Below the pieces are notes generated by a model, which did not search any database, had not been told where the DNA came from, and worked only from the letters and a program-made list of their open reading frames with translations. This document shows, piece by piece, positions 60,601 to 64,000 of a DNA stretch of 64,000 nucleotides (the stretch's first letter is position 1; every line of letters begins with the position of its first letter). This DNA is from Candidatus Kapaibacterium sp. (lineage in GTDB: Bacteria > Bacteroidota > Ignavibacteria > Kapaibacteriales > UBA2268). The stretch lies in the NCBI GenBank assembly GCA_965140345.1, contig OZ223197.1, forward strand, positions 79,481 to 143,480, written 5' to 3'. Both the position numbers and the translations under genes were made by a program.

Positions 60601-61368
60601 AAATTCAGAAAACAAATATCAATAGCTGACTTATATAATCTTCAGTCAGCAAGAAATATCTCAGATTATCTTTCAACTGAAGAGAAAAAAAAATCTGCAG
60701 TGATTCATTTTGATAACGGAAATGAGAATTTAATTTTTGCATTTCCTTCTATATTTGGGAATGCTTCTGAATATGAGTCACTTTCCAATTATCTGCAGTC
60801 TAATCAAATTATAGCTTTTGATTTCAATTCCAGAGATAGTATTGATATTAATCAGCTCACCGATGAGATTAAACAACTTGCCGCAAACAGAAGATTTTCT
60901 CTAATGGGATATTCTGTAGGAGGTGCTATGGCTTATCTGGTTGCAGAAAAACTAAAAGAAGCTGAACTTGAACCAGAAATGATATTTATGTTAGATTCTC
61001 ATTTGTTTGATCCGAAGAATTATCTTGTAGATGACAATAATATAGATATATTGGTAAAAAATAGTAATACAGGAATAAATCTTGATAAAAATATGAAAAA
61101 CAAGATATATACGTATTTAGATATTCTTGCCGGCAGCGAATATAATCACAAAATATCAAGCAGAATTGTACAGCTTAATTCAAATGATATTTATGAAAAC
61201 GATAAACGTTTTGCTTGGCAGGCACTTACAGATAAAAAACTAGAGGTATATCAGGGATTAGGAATGCACAGCCAAATGCTTAGTGAACCTTACGCTTTTG
61301 AAAATGCTGTGATTTTGAATGGGATATTATCAAACAATAAATACAAAAAAGATGAAAAGCGAAAATAA
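54670..61368 (+). CDS. Non-ribosomal peptide synthetase, two modules with terminal thioesterase: C-A-PCP-C-A-PCP-TE
   Basis: C (HHIIMDGWCNSILF ~55090, N-terminal MSPLQEAMYF, follows an E domain so probably D-C-L type); A YLIYTSGTTGKPKGV (~56425); PCP GGHSLKAMRL; C HHSISDGWS (~58105); A YIIYTSGTTGRPKGV (~59435); PCP GGNSLLVILF; TE GYSVGGAMAY (GxSxG ~60910). Confidence 0.95.
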   Translation: MLKKENIKNIIPMSPLQEAMYFRKTMDEKSSAYFNQIAFTLKGCFDFELFRKSWELIFERHDAFRTAFVHENAPRPLQIILKERKPEINLQGDFEENKFVEYKQFDLERGFNFKTHPLMRFSLWTIDQDTVKVLWSFHHIIMDGWCNSILFSEFEQIYSSLIDNKQWNLDPASSYSGYIKWIESIDKSKSESYWREYLSDFEEASLIAKKNDEALYSLSKSKLKLDIDTSNKLKEIAQIQGLTLTNLIKAIWSVIPAKLNDTNRSCFAYTISGRDYPIENIEKMVGLFINTLPQFIDLDKHQSIPDLAMSIQNDDIKNKEYGFVAGADIASYTGKDILYDHILIFENYPIESGEDSFFEYSDFEDFEQTDFPLALYVSMGAEIKITYKYNKNEISDCKIDNIRMYFKTLVSQFLANAYMPLADYKLLSKEEETEIIKINSGENFSIDSSKDLAALFKSQVINNPDRVILVTKNKSYTYKQVDLLSNSVANMLMTESSEIVGVYLERSELIIISILGILKAGKAFLPLSTEHPFDRNQYIIRDSDVKTIISDQTTNFGIKRIINPDNFSEETLHQEKSRDISDTAYLIYTSGTTGKPKGVLLKQENLISFTQNLTQTFGIDDQDSLLAITTHTFDISILEMISTLLVGIKVYFCDKEEALNPKKISEIIEKYRINTLQITPSHLAGIIDVVGIEFLNNLKTILVGGEEFPISLMNSLESIVNTNIYNVYGPTETCIWSTAKLLKGEMSIGQPLLGEKVYILDRHNHIMPQGYIGEICIGGIGVGVGYHNKKELSQERFIQVDNIPDSVIYKTGDYGYYDENKEIKFVGRKDFQLKVRGFRIEEQEIVKAILSIDYIKDCVILKGESDNLIAYLVANKEYTNDYIKKCLNDILPKYMIPDTYMFIDNFPLNANGKIDRNALPKPNSKRIVSDEFTTHQYQIASVWSKILGHNNFDSKTSFMTAGGHSLKAMRLVALFNKKFEKQLEITAFMKEPTIEFMETFLQSVEDNKIEIEKLEKAELYKPSSNQKRLWVLQKHSGSSVDYNMPSAFLIKGNIDLARLENAFNKLIQKYDILRTRFIEENGEPYLKVSTSLDYKIPKINIYDIQACKEKIENLALKELKLDELPLFDVRFFSCNDDNQILYFNIHHSISDGWSQDILFKEWIEIYNGKEPLDNHLQYQDLIADIAKNAESLENKEYWLHRLSGFEKAGSNLVNYEYSVPGSSIFRMDLTHLSDQEIRDYCNRIGVSIYSYFLGLTSLLLKRYSDANEVCIATVSAGRDNHDLQIAPGYFANTMVFRSKTHIDESSEIYLKNIQNRLYRDLEHQHYPYDKVLNILAKESNLNINEIVDTIFVFQENEEIDAGFEGTSLEQLDISVPLKRFGLAIHLARKESKYSCEIIYENKRFSESMIARMCLHLQQLSREIIDKPSKPCLKLDILSSFEEKLYQNINENYLGFDIPQNCFQIVNAISKRNADSCAVISDLMQLSYKDLIAKTNEIAEKWKAKHKIKRGDVIAFYDHKSPEMISAILTIWRLGCVYLPIDVGLPQDRVTYILEDSNVRFITNSHLNLEKNRAYDEAHKISVDAAYIIYTSGTTGRPKGVAVKHAALANTIFNQIEQFEIQNNDTVLQFASLSFDASISEICQALFSGARIAIPQLEKIKDPEDLAEFIRKYKVSVATIPPSMLGFLKGKNVLTLKSIISAGEQAVKSDMVYFSNIANVFNAYGPTETAICSTIYKVNDTDIHLPQVPIGKPLANTQVLLLDSNMNQVPVSSIGDLYLFAPNTENCYFSSERLNKEAFIQVGNQTYYKSGDRAYSMETGDLVFAGRSDDQVKVRGYRIEPQEISKAIKEIRGVSNAFVLIKGKHIQKQIVAFIVGKQDERFIRDSLRRHLPDYMIPSEYVFLERLPLNKNGKIDKITLQLMNNKDSNFEKIQNEDEKAVIAIMAEVTGNYQIEVEDSFFESGGNSLLVILFRQKLETKFRKQISIADLYNLQSARNISDYLSTEEKKKSAVIHFDNGNENLIFAFPSIFGNASEYESLSNYLQSNQIIAFDFNSRDSIDINQLTDEIKQLAANRRFSLMGYSVGGAMAYLVAEKLKEAELEPEMIFMLDSHLFDPKNYLVDDNNIDILVKNSNTGINLDKNMKNKIYTYLDILAGSEYNHKISSRIVQLNSNDIYENDKRFAWQALTDKKLEVYQGLGMHSQMLSEPYAFENAVILNGILSNNKYKKDEKRK

Positions 61369-63010
61369 ATATACATTACTTGATTTTATTAAAAGAGAAT
61401 CCAAAAAGTCGCATAAGAATATATTAGGTGTAGCCGCTGTTTCGGGTATTGCTAATGCTCTGGTACTAGGTATTATTAATAGTGCCAGCAAGGTAGCGCA
61501 ACACGAAGAAGTAAGCTTTCAATACTTAGTTCTTTTTATGCTTAGTTTGACTCTTTTTATTATAACTGAAAGATATATTCTCAAAAATGGTGCTATCATC
61601 ATGGAGGGAATTGTAGATAGTATTAGAAAAAGATTAGCAGACAAAATCAGAAAAGCTGATTTACTTAGTTTAGAGAATATCGGACCTGCTCAGATATATA
61701 ACAGACTTACAAATGAAACAACGGCAATATCGCAGTCTGCCGGTCTTATTGTAGCAACTATGCAATCTGTTGTTATGCTGATCTTTGTTGTCTTTTATAT
61801 GGCGTATCTTTCTATTACTGCATTTGTTCTTATAGTTATTCTATTGATTGCAGGAATAGGAGTCTATCTAAGAAACGAGAAGATTCTAAAAAAAGAACTT
61901 AGACAAACAAATCAGACTGAAATTAAGTTTTTTGATACATTAACTTCGATATTAGAAGGTATCAAAGAAATCAAATTCAACAAAAACAGAAGTGATGAAA
62001 TATATTCATCTGCTGATTATATCTCTACTCGATTAAAGAATTTAAAAATCAGCTCTAGCATCAAATATGCTCAAAATTATATTTTTTCCCAGTCATTTTT
62101 CTTTGTGTCTATAGCAGTCATTGTTTTTATCCTTCCTAGGTTAGAACTCTCTGATACAGATGTAATAACACAATCAACTGCTGCAATTTTATTTATGATA
62201 GGGCCTGTTTCAAACATAGCAGCCGTAATTCCTGTAATGAATCAAGTAAGTCAATCTATAAATCATATTTATGAATTAGAAGATCAAATTAACAAAATAC
62301 AAGATACTCACCTCACAGATAGCGATGATACCAAATTCCACAACTTTAATAATATCTCAATAAAAAATCTGGAATTTACTTTTCCAAATGGGAATGGGAG
62401 CTCAAAATTCTCTATTGGCCCTATTGATTTAGATATTAAAAAGGGAGAGAAAATATTTGTTGTAGGTGGCAATGGTAGTGGTAAAACTACATTTATCAAA
62501 AATATGACAAAACTCTATCAACCTGACTCAGGTGAAATACTGATAGATGGTGAAGCTTTGAAGGAAGAAGATATTTGCAGTTATAGAGAGCTTTTCTCAG
62601 GAATCTTTGCAGAGTTCCATTTGTTCAGAAAGCTTTATGGTTTGAGTAAAATCGATAAAGAAAGAGTAAATGAGCTTCTTACATTAATGGAAATAGAGCA
62701 TAAAACAAAGTATATGGATGGTGCATTTACTAATCTGGATCTTTCTACAGGGCAAAGAAAAAGACTTGCATTAGTAGTCACGATGCTTGAAGATAAACCT
62801 ATTTGTATTTTTGATGAATGGGCTGCTGATCAAGATCCAATCTTCCGCCAGTTTTTCTATGAAACTTTATTAGATAAATTAATCAGTCAGGGTAAAACTG
62901 TGATTGCAGTCAGCCACGATGATAGATATTTTGGATTTGCCGATAAAGTAATAAAAATGGAATATGGCAAAATAATAGAAGTGCTTGACAATACTAAACT
63001 TAAGAGTTAG
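61319..63010 (+). CDS. Fused permease-ATPase ABC exporter of the cyclic-peptide/siderophore export type (SyrD/PvdE-like)
   Basis: 6 N-terminal TM helices then ABC domain (Walker A GGNGSGKTT, signature LSTGQRKRLALVV, Walker B IFDEWAADQD); annotated start overlaps NRPS 3' end by 50 nt; an internal Met at ~61352 (MKSENKY) is an alternative start. Confidence 0.85.
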   Translation: MGYYQTINTKKMKSENKYTLLDFIKRESKKSHKNILGVAAVSGIANALVLGIINSASKVAQHEEVSFQYLVLFMLSLTLFIITERYILKNGAIIMEGIVDSIRKRLADKIRKADLLSLENIGPAQIYNRLTNETTAISQSAGLIVATMQSVVMLIFVVFYMAYLSITAFVLIVILLIAGIGVYLRNEKILKKELRQTNQTEIKFFDTLTSILEGIKEIKFNKNRSDEIYSSADYISTRLKNLKISSSIKYAQNYIFSQSFFFVSIAVIVFILPRLELSDTDVITQSTAAILFMIGPVSNIAAVIPVMNQVSQSINHIYELEDQINKIQDTHLTDSDDTKFHNFNNISIKNLEFTFPNGNGSSKFSIGPIDLDIKKGEKIFVVGGNGSGKTTFIKNMTKLYQPDSGEILIDGEALKEEDICSYRELFSGIFAEFHLFRKLYGLSKIDKERVNELLTLMEIEHKTKYMDGAFTNLDLSTGQRKRLALVVTMLEDKPICIFDEWAADQDPIFRQFFYETLLDKLISQGKTVIAVSHDDRYFGFADKVIKMEYGKIIEVLDNTKLKS

Positions 63011-63012
63011 AT

Positions 63013-63894
63013 ATGAAGGATAAGAAATCATTCTCATACAAAATGACATACCAGTATCGAAAGTTTAAATATAACATGATGCGACTTTGGTTCCTTCATA
63101 AGTTTAAACTATCGATTATAACTGTAGTTTTGGGACTACTGATTACCTATTTCTGGCAGGGAATATTTGTATCTATCGGTTCCGGTGAGCAAGGTGTTCT
63201 CTGGTATCGAATTACAGGTACTAATATGGATCAGATTTATGACGAAGGTTTACATCTCGTTTTTCCTTGGGATAAAATGTATGTCTATAATGTCAGGATT
63301 CAATCAGTTAATGATACTATGTCAATTCTAACTTCTCAGGGATTAACTGTTAAGTTTCATATTACTTACAGATTCTATCCGGATAAAAATGAATTGCCAA
63401 AGATACATAAAATACTTGGCCCTGAATATAATGCTACTTATGTGAAGCCAGAGATAAAAGCGGCTGCCATGTCAATACTCGGTAATTATACTCCTGAGAA
63501 GCTTTATACCATGTCTACTCAGGTGATTCAGGCAACTATTAAACAGTATGTACTAAAAGAACTTTACGATCAGGATATTATTCTGGAAGACTTTTTAATA
63601 AATAAGATAGAATTACCGATAAAAATTGCATCAGCAATTGAAGATAAATTAGCAAAAGAACAGCTACTTTTAGAATTTGATTATAGAATAGGAATAGCAG
63701 AGAAAGAAAAGCTAAGAAAAGGAATTGAAGCAGATGGAATCAAAAAGTTCGAAGATATTTCCGGAGTATCTATACTTAAATGGCGTGGTATAGAAGCAAC
63801 AGAAAAGCTTACGACTTCTCCTAATTCTAAAGTTATCATAGTGGGTACAAGCGATAAAGATTTACCTGTCATCCTTAATTCGGAGTCTAAATAG
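63013..63894 (+). CDS. SPFH/band-7 (prohibitin/stomatin-like) membrane protein
   Basis: N-terminal TM IITVVLGLLITYFW followed by SPFH core EQGVLWYRITGT...TSQGLTVKFHITYRF...IKAAAMSILGNYTPEKLY; C-terminal coiled coil; starts 3 bp after ABC exporter stop. Confidence 0.75.
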   Translation: MKDKKSFSYKMTYQYRKFKYNMMRLWFLHKFKLSIITVVLGLLITYFWQGIFVSIGSGEQGVLWYRITGTNMDQIYDEGLHLVFPWDKMYVYNVRIQSVNDTMSILTSQGLTVKFHITYRFYPDKNELPKIHKILGPEYNATYVKPEIKAAAMSILGNYTPEKLYTMSTQVIQATIKQYVLKELYDQDIILEDFLINKIELPIKIASAIEDKLAKEQLLLEFDYRIGIAEKEKLRKGIEADGIKKFEDISGVSILKWRGIEATEKLTTSPNSKVIIVGTSDKDLPVILNSESK

Positions 63895-63907
63895 CTTGCT
63901 TAAATAT

Positions 63908-64000
63908 TTGAAAATACTGCTCCTCATGTTATTGTTAATCCCGAAAGCAAACGCAGAAAAGATAAGAATACATATTGACGGAGACTTGGGTGCTGATTAT
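63908..64000 (+). CDS. Partial CDS (N-terminus; continues off window): secreted protein with signal peptide
   Basis: LKILLLMLLLIPKANAEKIRIHIDGDLGADY in frame to window end; start codon uncertain (TTG 63908 or ATG 63926). Confidence 0.3.
   Translation, partial: MKILLLMLLLIPKANAEKIRIHIDGDLGADY

Noticed and set aside
61319-61368. 50-nt overlap between the NRPS TE-domain 3' end and the ABC exporter start as a programmed frameshift or fusion
   Set aside because: Different frames with proper stop for the NRPS. An internal Met (about 61352) gives a conventional short overlap, so start-codon choice explains it more simply.
45036-61368. Assigning amino-acid specificities to the A domains from the FDxS region (e.g. 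D-I-x-x-L in two domains hinting at Gly-like codes)
   Set aside because: Only the first three Stachelhaus positions could be read confidently by eye, and the downstream alignment was unreliable. Left for computational extraction.
1-64000. CRISPR arrays, tRNA/rRNA genes, integrase/transposase genes, reverse transcriptases
   Set aside because: No regularly spaced short repeats, tRNA cloverleaf or T-loop signatures, or IS/integrase/RT catalytic motifs were seen in any frame.

Overview
AT-rich bacterial chromosomal segment in four parts. (1) A 5' accessory islet with an SF1B (Upf1/Dna2-like) helicase carrying a C-terminal Vsr/DUF559-like endonuclease fold, a small acidic partner ORF, and a cytoplasmic leucine-rich-repeat protein flanked by 25-bp imperfect direct repeats. 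(2) A co-directional flagellar block: flgF-flgG-flgA-flgH-flgI, a FlgJ-like rod-binding domain fused to an SLT transglycosylase, flgN-like, flgK-flgL and motA, with no motB. (3) Housekeeping/transport genes: an orphan MalK-like ABC ATPase, an ABC-F, a UshA-like 5'-nucleotidase lipoprotein and a NatAB-like ABC-2 pair. Next to them lies a roughly 4.7 kb VWA + beta-propeller-repeat adhesin with a T9SS C-terminal sorting domain that is broken by several frameshifts. (4) A biosynthetic gene cluster of at least 33 kb for a hybrid fatty-acyl-AMP-ligase/PKS/aminotransferase/NRPS lipopeptide. Its architecture is that of the iturin/mycosubtilin beta-amino-fatty-acid lipoheptapeptide synthetases: AL-ACP-KS-AT-ACP-AMT-C-A-T, then six more condensation steps, one E domain and a terminal TE. 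It has unusual additions: an A-less C-T module, an asnB-like amidotransferase and an outer-membrane barrel gene inserted between the NRPS genes, a beta-lactamase-fold serine hydrolase lipoprotein upstream, and a fused ABC exporter plus SPFH protein downstream. Flagellar genes together with a T9SS C-terminal domain suggest a flagellated FCB-group lineage (Ignavibacteria-like). An iturin-type cluster would be unexpected there, and it is the most interesting candidate in the window. All domain calls rest on motifs read directly from the ORF translations; no database search was run.
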